DNA from: the human T2T-CHM13v2.0 reference genome, Homo sapiens
Assembly (NCBI RefSeq): GCF_009914755.1
Contig: NC_060929.1
DNA: 64,000 nt
Direction: 5' to 3' (one strand)
The notes below the pieces were generated by a model. The model did no database searches, was not told the DNA's origin, and was given only the letters and a program-made list of their open reading frames with translations. Shown here piece by piece: positions 45,151-61,910 of the stretch. The translations under genes were made by a program, and so were the position numbers. Position 1 is the first letter of the stretch. Each line of letters begins with the position of its first letter.

Positions 45151-46112
45151 GAATGTGCTGTCTGCTAAGTTTTATGACTTTCTAGATTTGGGTGTTGTGT
45201 TTCTAGCTGCCAAAGGATATTTGTTCATGAAATCCAGATTATTTTAATAAGACTTAGCATACACAATGATTTCTACCTGTTCACCCATTTAATTAACACA
45301 AGTTCTACTAGCAAACTCAGTATGAGTTTTACTTTTGTCTTTTTTTGCTGGCATTGCAGAGACTTTTATAGATATGCTAACTAGCTGAGAAACGGTAGGA
45401 GACAAGGGTGAGAACAGGAAAAACTGAAAAGTTAGGAAGTGAATGGATAGGCCCTAACACAATAATTAGCCCCTAAAAAAATAGAGGTATTGCTAAAAAT
45501 TTATAAGACCATCACCAATATGCTCATTCATGTCTTGATACTTTATAATCATAAGGCAGAAGTATGAAGAACACATATAATAATTATGATTTTTATGTTT
45601 TCTTCAAATTAGTAGATTTCTTATAAAGTGGGGCAATGTGTGATTTAAAAATAATGGTGTTTTTAGGGCCTTTTAATTGTTATGTTTCCAGAAACGTGGA
45701 ATTATTACTGTGCTAAGGAAATAAATGATACTATCCTGATTCCCCACTGGCATTTATTGCTAAGGACAGTAAGTTCAGAGTGGCGGTGTCTCATCACAAC
45801 CTCTGCGTTTGGCACCACCAAATATTGTAGTTGACTCACCCAGGCAAAGAAAAAAATAATTCTCAGAAAAACATTTACTTTGTAGGTCAAAATTTTCCTT
45901 CAGACCACCCCAATATGGGAAACAGATGCCAGGGACCCCTGGTCTGATTGAATTTGGAAATATACCAAAAACACCCAAAGTCAAGAGAACCCTGCTTTTT
46001 AAGGTACAACAAAAAGACATAGCATAGACAATACTATAAAGAAGAGAATTATGAACAATGGCATAATAGAAATTTGAATAAAATAAGGGATTGGAGTGCA
46101 AACAACATGAAA

Positions 46113-47150
<1,038 letters not shown>

Positions 47151-49944
47151 TGAAAAAAGACATGCTTCTAAGAAAATGTGTTTGTGTGTGGGATGGGTGT
47201 TTGTGTGCGTGTTCACAAGCTTGAAATTCAACAAACATGGGAAAGCAATTGTTGTAGGCCATAAGAAAAAAATAGGCAATTTTTATTAAAAAGTGATGCT
47301 GGAAATAGATTTAATTGATTAGATTTGAAATACATTTTGTGGCTGAGTATGACCTCTGGTGTTAATCTAGGGAAATTCTCTCACTTATATGCTTTAATGG
47401 AACAAAAAGAAGGAAATTTAATTTTCTGAAAGCTTATCACTGGAAGTCATAGCCCTTGATCTGCGTCTTTTTTTTCCCCCAATGTTTCTTCATTTCCTTC
47501 CTCTCTCCTTCTCTCTGTACTCACAAGTATAAATAAGTATCTACTATGTGCAAACTACTATCCACGTGGAAGAATATTGCCTTTGTTGCTTCATTTAACT
47601 TTACATGTTACATGTATCTCTACAGTCCTGTGTAGAAAAAAAAGAAATTATGTTATGCACATTTTAAATGTCTACATATAAACTTAAAATTTGTTGACTT
47701 TATTAAAAGAGGAATGATGAAAATAAGAACTTCTTAAATGTGCCTGTTATAACCTAATAGTGTAAAATGCCTTAAATAATGAAGTTATGATTCAGACTAA
47801 AAATGAAACAAAATTATCTTGTGTTTTTTCATCATCATAGTAATACAGGTTTACCACACTCTCAATATACAGATATTTATTAGCAAGACGGCTGAGTGTG
47901 TGTAATCAGTTGATTTCTTAACAGAAAGCCGATAAATGTCTGATTGATTTGCTCTCTGTCCAATCACAGTGAGTTTTACATTATTAAATTATTTTATGAG
48001 CTTTTTCAAAATAGTGCTAGCCGGAAGTAGTATTAGTCTGAGTTTTGGTGTTCCGACAGTCCCTCATGTTGTGAATCAAATTTCCATTTTCTTCTGAATT
48101 TTGTGCATTCTATCCTCCTGTGTACCCCCTTGAAGAGAAGTGAGAACTCCATGCAACATTGCCATAAATCTCAGTAGGCAATTTCTGAGATGATTATTTC
48201 TACATGATTTCTACATGATTAATAGCACTGCAACTAATCCCATATTACAGCATAGAGATACACATGGCAAAAGATACATTTTTGCCTATTATTTTGTTTT
48301 TGGAGCCTCTGTTGAAGCCGTGAATTTGCTATTTGACAAAGTCAGTTTGACACAAGGGATGCAGCCATTATTTTTCTTATGACAGTTTAGTAACTGTAGA
48401 ACCTTATATCTAATTTAATGCTGGCAACAACTATTATGATATTTCAGGGGTGGAGGCTATGTAATCTTTTATCTAAATTTATGAACGGCTAATAAAAATA
48501 TTTATTAATTTACCATAATGTTCCTTTGAAGTATTTAGATTTGTAAGGATGAATCAAACATTTTCACTCAATCGCTACGTATAGCAACTGGAAAGCTACA
48601 TAATTTGTTGAAAAGCGTCCTAATACATGTTTGATGGATTTTCCGCATGAGTTGAATTTCTTTTTCAGACCAGGTTAGTAACTTTTCATAGGGAAACTTT
48701 CATTTTAATTCAAATTACTTCGCAGGATTGTTTTGAATACTCATGCTTTCCACACAATTTATGCAGTATCTACTCAGCTGCCCCGAAGACTCAATTAGCT
48801 TCGTGATTCTAAAGAAGTTTTATTGAATTGCTATTTTGAAGATACAGAACAAAAATAGTAATAGATGATAAAAACAAAATGCTGTCTCTGATTGTTAGCC
48901 ACTAAATTATATTCTTGACCAAGACCATTGAGAAATTCAATTCCGGACAGTATTAATTAGCTCAAGTCCAGGGCTACGGGACTAAAAGCAGCTGTGCACC
49001 CCCCACCCCTTTTTTTCTGCTGAATGTTTATTTGCACACACAAAAAATTAAAATTAACATGTGTCCAAAGAACATCATAAAATGAATTATTCATTCCATG
49101 GCATTGAAAGCGCACACACGCACACTCTTAAAAGCAGATACCAGGTAAGCAACTTTAGGGCAGCTGCCGAGTAGAATATCAAGAAATTGGATCCAGCTGA
49201 GAATTCCAATTACCTAATGACCTAATGAGGGTGATCCGCTTTCACTCTAATTGCTAGGTCTAACTCGTTGTAATAGTCTTTATCATGAAAAGCAGGCTTT
49301 AAAATAATTTAAAATGGAAACAAATATTCAACGGGCCAATTTCTTTCACCTTCTTTAGGGGGAGACGGGAATTTGAATTCACAAAGAAATGCAAATGTAA
49401 AGACTTAAGATGGAGCAGAAACAAAGAACATAAGGATCACCTAGTGCATTGTGTTGGTACATCTCTTAGAAGAAGACAGCACAGGGAATTTGTGAGACAC
49501 CAAATGCAATTTTTGTTAGTTTATTAGAGAGTAAATAAATAAATAATGATACCGAACTCCAACAAAACTCCAGCACTGTCCGTGGGCAGCGACTATTCAG
49601 CCCAAGCTATCATTCTTAATTTCCCTGCCAGGCTGCAACTACCGGGGTGAATCAGCCCGCGCCAGGCCCCTTTCCCACCCGCCGCTGCAGTTAGGACTTG
49701 GCAAAGATGCTCGATATTTGCGTATTTGTGACCGGTCTTTGCTTTGTGTCTGCGCTGCAGGTGAGGAGGAGGAAGAGAAGCAGAAGAGCAGCTGGAGGCC
49801 GGCGGTGGCTGAGCAGCCCCCACACCTTTGAGCGAGCCGCCTGCCTCTCCACCGGCAAGGAAGCCCTGGGACCTCCGGATTCGGGCTGCCGGAGGGCCTG
49901 AGCGCCAGAGCCCAGGACCCGGCGGCCGGGGGCGCCATCCCCTC

Positions 49945-49966
49945 ATGTTCTGGAGAAGGCGCAAAT
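49945..49966 (+). CDS. KCNN2: Candidate alternative KCNN2 coding start in a small upstream exon (49761-49966)
   Basis: ATG TTC TGG AGA AGG CGC AAA T|gtgagc. Splicing to gtccccgcag|GT GAT GTC ATG (50781) gives [18 protein letters not shown] in frame. The exon has its own acceptor tttgctttgtgtctgcgctgcag| at 49760. Confidence 0.6.
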
Positions 49967-50743
49967 GTGAGCTGGCGGTAGCGGGGAAAGCCCTCCGCCC
50001 CCGCCAGGGGGGACCCGGGAAGCCCGGCCGGCTCTGTCGGCAGACTGCGGGGATCCCCTCCTCCGGCCCCGCCCCCACCCACCCCCGGCCGGGGTGCCGA
50101 GGCGGTTAACCCTACCCGCGCCGCAGCGCACTTGGGCTAGAGCGCCGCGCACCCAATCCAGATTCCAGAGCCTGCCGGCTGGGAAAGATCCGGTCTCGGG
50201 GTCGGCTATGATCCCGCAGCGGCCAAGGCAGGGCTCAGGCCCCGGGATTCTCCCCACACGCTGCTGCACTGGCGCAGCCGGTCGCCAAACTTTTTCTCCC
50301 CAAAGCCAGTGCCCCCGCAGTTACTTGGCGGGCAGCCGGCAGCCCACTCTCGGCGGGATGATCTGGGAGAAGCGGGCGTGGGACGAGGGGGCTGCTGTTT
50401 TGCAGCCCTGCGAGGCGTGCAGTCGGAGAAGTGGTCGGGGTTCCACACCGTCCCTGAGCCTGCCCCCTGGCCAAGGTGGCCCGACGTGCTGCAGTGGCTG
50501 GCGCAGGTGATCCGGGCAGCGCGTCCGGCACTAGTCAAGGGGGCAGCGGCACGGGAGGGAGGGGCGCCTTTCTCTTTTCTCCTCCCCCTGCAGCCCAGCT
50601 GCACTGCGTGGGGGCTCTCCATCTCCACGCAATCAGCAGGCGGAATCCCTGCCCTGGAGCGCCCTGGCTCTGGACTGCACCCCCCTAGGGTTTGTCCTGC
50701 AGATTCTCCTCCCCATCTTTCTCTGCCACACACGCTTCCCTAA

Positions 50744-52827
<2,084 letters not shown>

Positions 52828-54289
52828 TAGGTCCTGCTGTTTATGAATGACCCAAAGCCCTACAGTCAGCCTAGAGAAACGCAAGGCAGCAGAGGCTTTT
52901 TTCAAGCCATCATGTCCTTGCTTGAGGTTACAGAAGACACATGCTGTATTGTTACCGTTAGCACCTGACCTGTTCTTTCAGGAAGTGGAAAACAACACAA
53001 GGCAGGGTAGCATATAAACATGCAGCATTTTCTGAGGTGTATTTGTTGGACCCTTAAGATTTTTACTTCTCTTCAGTAGGTGGATCCTTTTCTCCAGATC
53101 AGTCACATTTTGTTCCTTAAGGCCAGTTATGCTCTAGTTTTAATCTGGAATGAACTTGTGTTCTTGTTTGAGACACCTCTTCCTAGTGGGTGCGTCATTA
53201 TGGGAGATTGTATCTATCTATATAATCTTCTGTAATTTAGCATAGAGAAGAAAACTGGGTGATGAGTTGCCAGCTAATTTATATAAATGAGATATGGGAA
53301 AAGATCTAACCCCTTCCTAAATCCCCCACCATTAAAAAAAACTGTTGTAAGTTTAGAATGCAAATTCTGTGTATCCAGTCATGAAGTATTTTTTAAAATG
53401 TAATTTAAGAGTTAAGGCCACTGTCCTTGTGAGTTCTTTTTTTTTTTTTTGAAAATATTTCTTTTGTTTAAATGCAGCCAGGAGCTCTATATTTGACTGT
53501 TAGTGTCCATATCAGAATGCTCTATAAAACTTACGGGTCATCTTGTCAGTTGTTAGCCTACACAGGAATATTAAGGCTTTTAAATTAAAATAAGTATAGA
53601 GTTTTCAAAAATTAGATTGGGACTTTTTTCAGCTTAGAATTTGCACTGTGTGGGAGGCGCGGTGGCTCAGTCCTGTGGTCCTCGTGCATGAGAATTTGCA
53701 CTATGTATTTTCTGAGTTTTTTTTTTTCTTTTTTGAGCAGTTGTTAGACATTTGGTGGTACTTTGAGACCCTTAATTTAGGCCATCTTCCTTTAGACTGC
53801 CTCAGATTTAAGCTGCCTTTCAATTTAAAATCTTATATAGGATTTGCCTTTGAAGTAATTTAGTATTAATTTAAATTAAATTAATTTTAAATTAGTAATT
53901 AGCAAACACAAAGTAAATATGGAAGAAATCGTTTTTAATGATGCCCAGACAAAATAGTGATGCACATTACTCCAAGTGCAGAGGGAGAAATTACTTCACG
54001 TTGCCTTTATACTTGTAAAACTTTGAAAAATGTGTTTTTGAAGGGATGAGGTTGGAGAATGATAATTAGAAAGAGTGAGACTACTCAGAAATAAATTACA
54101 AAACTGCACTGACAAAATGAGATGAACACACATTTGAATTTTTTAAAGTTTTAACAGTTTACATAGATTCATCTTTAATTCAATACTAGTGATGGTTGGG
54201 CTTTTGAGATTATTTTGAACATTTTAAAGTGATACTAAAATATAACTTAAACATTAGAAATTTATCTTTTCATTTTGACTTGAAGAGTA

Positions 54290-54450
54290 GACAATTAGAG
54301 CTGGAAGGAACAAAATAGGTTTAATGGTCCTTTGACTCAGTTTACAGATAAGGAATCTGAAATCAGCAGAGGTAGCTTGCCGGGCCACACAGCTAGACAG
54401 TGCACAGTGAGAACCAGCCCTATCCTAGCTTCCAGGCCATAATGCTTCCT
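54290..54450 (-). mobile_element. MIR fragment
   Basis: tttacagataaggaatctgaaatcagcagaggtagcttgccgggccacacagctag. Confidence 0.7.
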
Positions 54451-56818
54451 CTGCGAGCTGCTGCTACATGCCAAAAACTGTGAAACGTGAATATTTCTTT
54501 TTCTGCAGTTTCCCTCTAAATCCAAAAGTTTGGTATATAAATTCAGTTAAACTTAAAAGATCATTCCAAAATGTTCTTACATATTTTTAAAAATCAAGTT
54601 AACTTGAAAAATGTTTTGTTTGGAGGACAGAGTCGTTTTGCTTAATGATTCTGAAATGAGAGATCTTGCTGGGTTTTATTAAATATCAGCTTTGTGTTAT
54701 TGCCTGTTCCTTGTGAAAATCACACAGCTAAAGAAACATTCATGGGGGAGGACATTTGCTGGTATTAACATCAAAAACAAAGTGTCTTGAAAACATTGAC
54801 TCTTTAAGAATTATTGGGAGATTTTTTGAAGTAATTCATAGGAGTCTAAGAGCTACCAAATGTTAACTATTTGAAAAAATTGATGTCATATTAGAACGCT
54901 TAAAATTTACAGAAGTTTATAAAAAATCATATTTTTATAGATTAATGCTTGAAAGCATTCCACTCATTGGCTAATTTTGAGGACCATTTCAATTATGCAT
55001 ATGCACATATATTTTGATTAGGGTATGTATTGCATGGGTGAGAAAAATGACATGGAATGACTCTCCACGGCAAATATGCACAGTGAACTTCCTTACTGTT
55101 GGTCAACATAAACGTTATAGAATGATATATGTTTTAAAATTCGGTTTATTTTATATGATATGTGGTTTCTGTTAAACCCAATATACTTAAGATAATTTCA
55201 AAATAGATGCTTGGGTCATGTCATTTAATTAATTTGGATGTAGCTTTTTTACTCGGTGTATTATCTAGAGGGATTTCTCCTTTAAGCTGAAGCTCCAAAT
55301 TCTTATCTGAGATGCTTTTATTAAAAAATAAATAAATAAAATGGAGAAGGGCCAAATAAATGTGAAGACCCTGAACTGGAAGTCAAGAACCAGAAAAAGG
55401 TAAAGATGTTCTAATTTGTCCAGAGAAGAGCGTCAGCAGGGCTGTCAAATACCTTATTCTGAAACACAATGAAACCAACTGCTCAGGCTTATGTATATGC
55501 ATGGAAAATGATGAATTGCCCCCCGCCCTCCTTTTTTACTTATTGATGTCACTGCTGTGGGTATATATGTTTTTTCATAAAAAGTTTTAAGCTAATGAGC
55601 ACTTCTCAGCTCACGCTAAATAATTCCAAATATATCAATTAGCTTTGAGTTAAGAAACTAAATGCAAGGTTATGCTGCCATTCATAGCGTGTCCTTGGAT
55701 GTAGCATATAATCTAAAAGGACAGTTTAGCTTTTTCTTTTTAGCATATCAGTATGATAATCAGATAGTAAAAGCTCGCCAGTGCAGATTTCTGGTGCATG
55801 ATATGATTTCTCACTGCATTCAGGAAAAGTAAGTGTTATAGCTGACTTTCTGGCTCTATGTCCTCTGGAATTGCTTAATGAAGCAAGAGGAGGCCCTGAC
55901 ATTTTCATGGAGAACCTTGGAAAGCAGATCCGTGTGACCTTTTATAAAATGTTTATACACACTCTGGCAAAACAAGATGGTTCAGGTGAGTCATGGATGG
56001 AAGTGCTTGTATTAAAACAGTATGATGGGGAGGCTTTGTAAGATACCAGCTCAGTAGATTTCAGCTTTGGTGTCATTTTTCAGTACCACAGACAGCTCAG
56101 TGCACCAGGCAACAATTTTGTTCATTTTACTAATTACTTTTATACCTCACTACCAAAAATGAAATCACATTTTGGTCGTAATACTTATAAAACATCAGAT
56201 TTAGTAGGAGTAATTTTTAGCTAAGGAGATGTTAGACTTTTTCAGGTGATATTGAACTTGTTTTCTATATCTATCAGTAAAGCTAAAAAATAAATGAACA
56301 CATAAATTTTAATAAATGCCTATGTATCATGACCTTATGACAAAAGAAAACATAATAGCGATTATTTTTGTACAGTTTGGAAAGGTCCCTTGATACTAAG
56401 TAAGTAGCCTTCCTACCTCAAGTCTCAAGGTCAAATTATAGGTAAAACAGAAGCATGCTTTTCAGTGACATTTTTTTTTTTTTTACCCCACCCCACAGTG
56501 GGGTTGGAGATGCATCTCTGATGGATAAAGTACAAAACGGAGTTCAACTATCCTTTAAGATCTTCAGCATCTGAAATTTTCAGTGTAGCTTCCACTGCAT
56601 CTTTTCAGCTTTAGTATACTATTATTTTTCTTATAGAGGTAATTTTAGATGAAAGAGTTGTTTAGTACTTTGAGGTAGGCAAACATAAGATTCTAAGCAG
56701 GGACAGAAAACCCCTTGGACTAGTGCCTGATCTTTCTGGTTCTCATGGGTCCTGGAAGAATGGCAGATGATATACTTTGAATTGGAAAACATTTTCGTTT
56801 GTTTGTTTTTGTAATGTA

Positions 56819-57082
56819 CAGCTGACTTTTGAACAACATGGGTGAACTGTGTGGATCCACTTATACACAGATTTTTTTTTTCCAGTAAATATAGTGGGCC
56901 CTCCATATCCATGGGTTCTGCATCAGCAAAAATACAGTATTCACTAGCTGTAAAACCCTCATACAGACGGTTGACTTTTCATTTATGTGGGTTGCAAAGT
57001 GCTGAAAATCTTAAGTATACATGGATTTTGGTGTCTGTGGGATTCCTGGAACTAATCCCCTGTGGTTACCAAGGGACAACTG
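56819..57082. mobile_element. TcMar-Tigger non-autonomous element (MER2/MER8-type)
   Basis: ta|cagctgacttttgaacaacatggg ... ctggaactaatcccctgtggttaccaagggacaactg|ta with TA duplications. Confidence 0.8.
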
Positions 57083-57499
57083 TAATTATATAATAAATAG
57101 CATTAGGAGAAGCAACAATGTTTATTTCTCATCTTTTATGATGGAATAACTCTTTTCATCATCTTTAGAGTTGGCTTTTCAGAGATGGCTCTATAGCTCT
57201 ATAATCGGAAGAACAGTAATGAAAATTTCTCTTCATTCGTGCACCAAGGCCACAGAAAACAGGAAAGAGTGAGTGAGGGTGGGGGCCTCACCTGGACTAG
57301 TTGGGGAGGGGTGGTCCCTGTCTACTAGTAGGCTCTGTGGTTTGCTATGTGAAGGCTCAAGTCTGAAGAAGAAAGACAGAGTGTTCCCTTTGCTACTTCT
57401 ACAGAGAGCAAACAGGTGTTTGCAGACCATGCAGAAAATACTGCATATAGTTTACTATTTTTATTAATAAAATAACCAATACACATAATAAAAACAGTA

Positions 57500-58050
57500 C
57501 AGCAGACTTTAGAATAAAAAGTGAAAGTCGCATTCTCTCAGTCATGTTTCTCAGAGGTAACCACTTTTAAGTTTTATATATATACCTTCAGAATTTCAAT
57601 ACGGAATATTTAGGAATACACCCATACCTTGCTTATATTCTGTATTATATCTTGGAGGTTTATCCTCAGCAGCAGTAGGGACCTATTTCATTTTTTTTTT
57701 AGCAGGTACATGAGATCCTATTCTATGGATGTACTGTGGTTTACTTCACCAGCCCTGATCTGAGAGCCGATAGGCAAATTGGAGTTTTCTAAGTTTTTGC
57801 TGTTACAAGTAATATTAAAATGAACATCCTTATATATTTATTTTAATCTATTTAGAGTATATACATATGGTAAATTTTCAGCAGTGAGACTGCTGAATCA
57901 AAGGGAGTTTGCATTTTAAATGGAAAGGTATTGCCCACTAGTCTTCTAGAAAGGCCGTCAGAGTTTATGTCTCTGCTTTCTCACACGTTATTCCTCCACA
58001 GCATTGTGAACACTGGATGCTATAAAAATATTTATTAAAGAAATCTAAAA
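57500..58050 (-). mobile_element. Degraded L1ME-type fragment
   Basis: cagaggtaaccact..., tttttgctgttacaagtaat...tgaacatcctt, gactgctgaatcaaaggg. Confidence 0.55.
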
Positions 58051-59149
58051 AGTTTACCATTTTCTTGCAAAACATTTTTTGGTGACAAATTGTTTAAAGA
58101 CAAAGCTCAAGGCCTCAGGCTTCTTTGCATCTATTTTGTAATATCAGTGCGTTATCTAATCTGCCAGCAAATGGAGTTATCAGAAGCAAATGTTTCCCAA
58201 GTTTTATTATCTCAGTTAAAAAATTTTGGAGGAGGTTGTTGAAGATGAAGGAAGCTAAAAAAGTAGAAGAAATTATCTTGGATTGGTCTTAAGTTTTCTG
58301 CTATGGTAGTTTCATGTACCTATGAGGTGGATAAAAATTATAGCAACAGGTTGAAGGTAAGACTCCAAAAGATAGTGAGGTAGAAAACTTGCCTGAATTC
58401 CTTTGTTGAGTGGTGTTCAGCTCAGTGACTGATGTCTATATTGCCAGCATCCTCTATATCAGAAGTAATGAGATGCTCAGTCCCTTTGACTTTGTGTATA
58501 CACTGTAGTAACGAAATCACTCAGGACTAATTTTCTCCGCCTGCTTGTGTAAAGATCTCTGCATTATTAATGGGTGTAACGCTAAATAAAGCGATCCTGG
58601 TGTGTTTACAGAGCAGCATCACAAATGAATGAAGAGTGGAACTTTAGGTTTACCACAAATGGGTTTTCTAGAGTATCCAACCTGTTTCTGGGCCATGTTT
58701 TGTACAGTTGAGAGATAAGGGCACTGTGGGCTGTCATCCCAAACCACGTTTGGCAGGGAGCACCAAGGCAGCCTGCGTTGATTTAACTTCAGAGAAGTTA
58801 TATTCAGTTAGGATAGGAAGTGGTTTTGTGGGGTTGTTTTAGAGAGAATTTCTACTCATTAAGAAATAATATAATATTTGCTACTTTGGGAGTACATTTT
58901 CAACCTGAAACTCCTTAATAATTCTATTTATAAAACTAGAAAACACATGGAGGGATCTTAATTATTATTGGGCCCAGTATCCCACCCAGCATGAGAATGT
59001 CCTTTATGTCATTGTTAATAAAAGTGAGTCACCCAGTTCCTGCTTAAACTCTTTTCCCAAGATTGGCAGTTCATACACGTACAAGGCTGTTTCATTCTTA
59101 GCTCTTATTTTTAGTAAGATTTTACGTTCAGGTGAAGTCTCATTTTATT

Positions 59150-60440
59150 TATTCCATATTCAGCATTTTAAAAGTTTTTGAGGTCTGCAAATGCAATGAG
59201 GAATAAGACAGGAGGGGCCCTTTCCTCTTGGAGCTGATATTCCAAGGAGGAGGGGTTAAAGAGAGACAAAAAATTAATAATAAACAAAATTTTTGGAAGT
59301 TGTGATAAATTCCCTAGAGGAGAGACAAAGGGCTGAGATAGAAAGTTGGGAGGCAACAGTTGCATACATCAGACAGGACCATCAAGGGAGGACTTTCTGA
59401 GAAAGTGACATTTAAACTGAGACATAAAGGGAAAGAAGTATCCAGTATTGCCAGAGTCTGGGAACTACCTGTGTGAAGGCCTTATGACCAGGAATTTACT
59501 GTGCTTAAGCAAATGAGAGCAAACCAGCATAGCATAGCATAGGCCAAGCAGGAGCAGAATGGTACCAAACAGAATGGGAGGGGATAAAGGGGCCTGATTT
59601 TCAAGGACTTGAGACCATTGTAAGGATTTATGGATTCCGCCCCCCACCCCTCCCACATGCAGTGGGAAAGTCAGTAAAGAGTTTAAAGCAGGCAAGGCTC
59701 ATGATCCAGCTGAATGTTTAAGCAGGCCTTGTTTTGATGCTGTGAGAATTGGTCTGGATACTATTAGGTAGTTGTTGGCAAGCTGATTCATAGAGAGAGA
59801 TGATGCTCACCTGGCTTAATAGCATTCTTGCTTGTAGCAGCCATAGAGATGAGGAGAAGTGGGCTGATTGGAGGTAGAACAGACTTACCAGTGGATAGAA
59901 TGTGGCAGGTAAGGGCAAGGGCCAATACAAAGATGATTGATGGGGTTCTGGTTGGAGCAACTGAGTGTGTTGTACTGAGAAGGGAAGACTCAAATTGAGG
60001 AGCAGGGTGTAGAATCAGGAATTTCTTTTAGCATAATATATTTGAAATTATGCTGATTGTATATGAGAGTCTGGAGTACAGAGGAAGTCTGTACCGGATA
60101 TTTAAATTTGGGAGTTATCAGCACAGAGACTATTTAAACCCACAGGAATTGATGAAATCACTGAGAGAGAATAGAAAAATGAGAAGGTTGAGAGTTGATC
60201 ATTCTCTGACATCTAGAGGTTGAGTAAAGTAAGAAGTAGAAAAAAGAGACAAGAATGAATTGTCCCTGAGGTGAAGGAGTCTAAGAGATAGGAGTGTTTT
60301 AAGGAGGGCATAGCACTCTATATTGAATGCTACCAAGGTCTCTTAACATGGGGTAGGGAAGTGCTTTTTGCATTTGGAAAATTGAAGGTCATTGCTGACC
60401 TTGATGAGCCGTTTCTGTGGAGTGGTAGAGACAGAAACAG
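59150..60440 (-). mobile_element. L2 element
   Basis: gggaggactttctgagaaagtgacatttaaactgagac; accattgtaaggattt; gaaggtcattgctgaccttgatgagc. Confidence 0.8.
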
Positions 60441-60479
60441 ACTGTAAGTTTTAGCATAAAAGAATAAGTTCATTTCCCT

Positions 60480-61345
60480 TTTCACAGGATCACAGAACAA
60501 ACATTTTAACATTAGATCCATTTAAATGCCCTCCTAGTTAAATAGTCCAATTTCTTTGAATATTCCTTCTCAGACATTGAATGTCCCTGATCACATCCTT
60601 CTGGACTTACTCAGTTATGTTGAATTTCCTCTTCAAATGAGAAAGTCAGAAACATACCCAGCACTTTCAGATAGGATCTTCCAGTGGGGCTGTTACCTCT
60701 CTTCATCAAAAATGCTATATTATGCCGACTCTTATTAGTCTAAAATGGTCATTGCTTCACAGAAATTTGCCCAGTGACACGTAAAATTGTTATTGAACTA
60801 AATGCTCAGCTTTACGTTTACTAACCCTTTTAAATAGCATCTTGATTTCAGACCAGCATATCAGCCTGTCAGAATTGTTTGAATCATAATGCTAATGTTT
60901 ATTTGACAAAACTTGTTTAGGTTTGGAAAATCCTGTGTGTGGATGATCTATGGAATTGGCAAGACTCCGGCGTTTAAATTGGTGCTAGATTCTGTTCCAG
61001 AAACGTGGTCGATATTGGTGGTTCTTACTTGGTTTGGATACCTGTCGTTGACACATTTGACTCTTCTTTCCTAGTTTTGTGCTAGCTGTGAGTTTGAAAA
61101 GTGAATCTTTGGACAAGCCAAGGTCAGAGTTTAGAAGTAGGCCCTTTTTGTTGTTGAGCCATCTGCTCATCCATGATGTTTGAACTCTATGAACTCTATT
61201 AGCCACCTCACATTTCTCTAGTTTGTGTACAAGAATTTTATGAGGACTTATTAAAACCTTATTAAAATCCACATTTTCTGTGTTTACTGCAGTGTCAGGA
61301 TCTTTCAGTCTATTAGTGATATCCAAGAAGGAAATAAGACTGATT
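60480..61345 (-). mobile_element. Ancient L3/CR1 reverse-transcriptase remnant
   Basis: The minus-strand ORF 60985-61326 has VDFNKVLISPHKILVHKLEK, resembling the CR1 RT motif LDFSKAFD.V.H.IL..KL. Confidence 0.6.
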
Positions 61346-61399
61346 TGCTTGTAATTTTAGTATATAATATAAGCTTTATGACCTAATCCCTTTACTCTT

Positions 61400-61910
61400 A
61401 AAAATTTTATTTTTTCCCTTCAGATTATAAAATTAATAACTATTCATGTTAGAAAATTTGTGAAACATAGGAAAATATGAAAAGTAGTATAAATTAGTCT
61501 AATCTTACCACCCAGTGATGACTATTATTTATGTTACCATGTATTTATATAAAGTATATGGACATGCTATTTGATATGTTATTGTATAAGGAAATTTTAT
61601 ATTCTCTTCATGTAACTTTTTATTGTTTTTCCTCATGTTTAAACATTCTTAATATTGTAGATGCAAGTTTTCTTTCATTATGTAGATATAATCAATTTTA
61701 TTATTTTCCCTATTTTGGACACTTAAAAATTAGAAATAACATATTTTAAACATTTTTTATAACAAATACCCTTGCACATTAACTTTTGTGAGCATCTCTT
61801 GTGATTTCCTAAGGATAAACTGCCAAGAGAGAAATTACTGAATTAAAGGGTATTATTTAAGACAACTGATAGCTTGTAAAATTATTCTTCCAAAAGTTTT
61901 TATCAGTCCT
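61400..61910 (-). mobile_element. Degraded L1ME-type fragment
   Basis: tttcctaaggataaactgccaagagagaaattactgaattaaaggg motif. Confidence 0.55.

Noticed and set aside
49593-50743. Many 100-175 aa ORFs in the CpG island, including 50309-50743 in the KCNN2 frame
   Set aside because: Expected from high GC, and several start at GTG/TTG. The in-frame one ends in a TAA with no read-through context.
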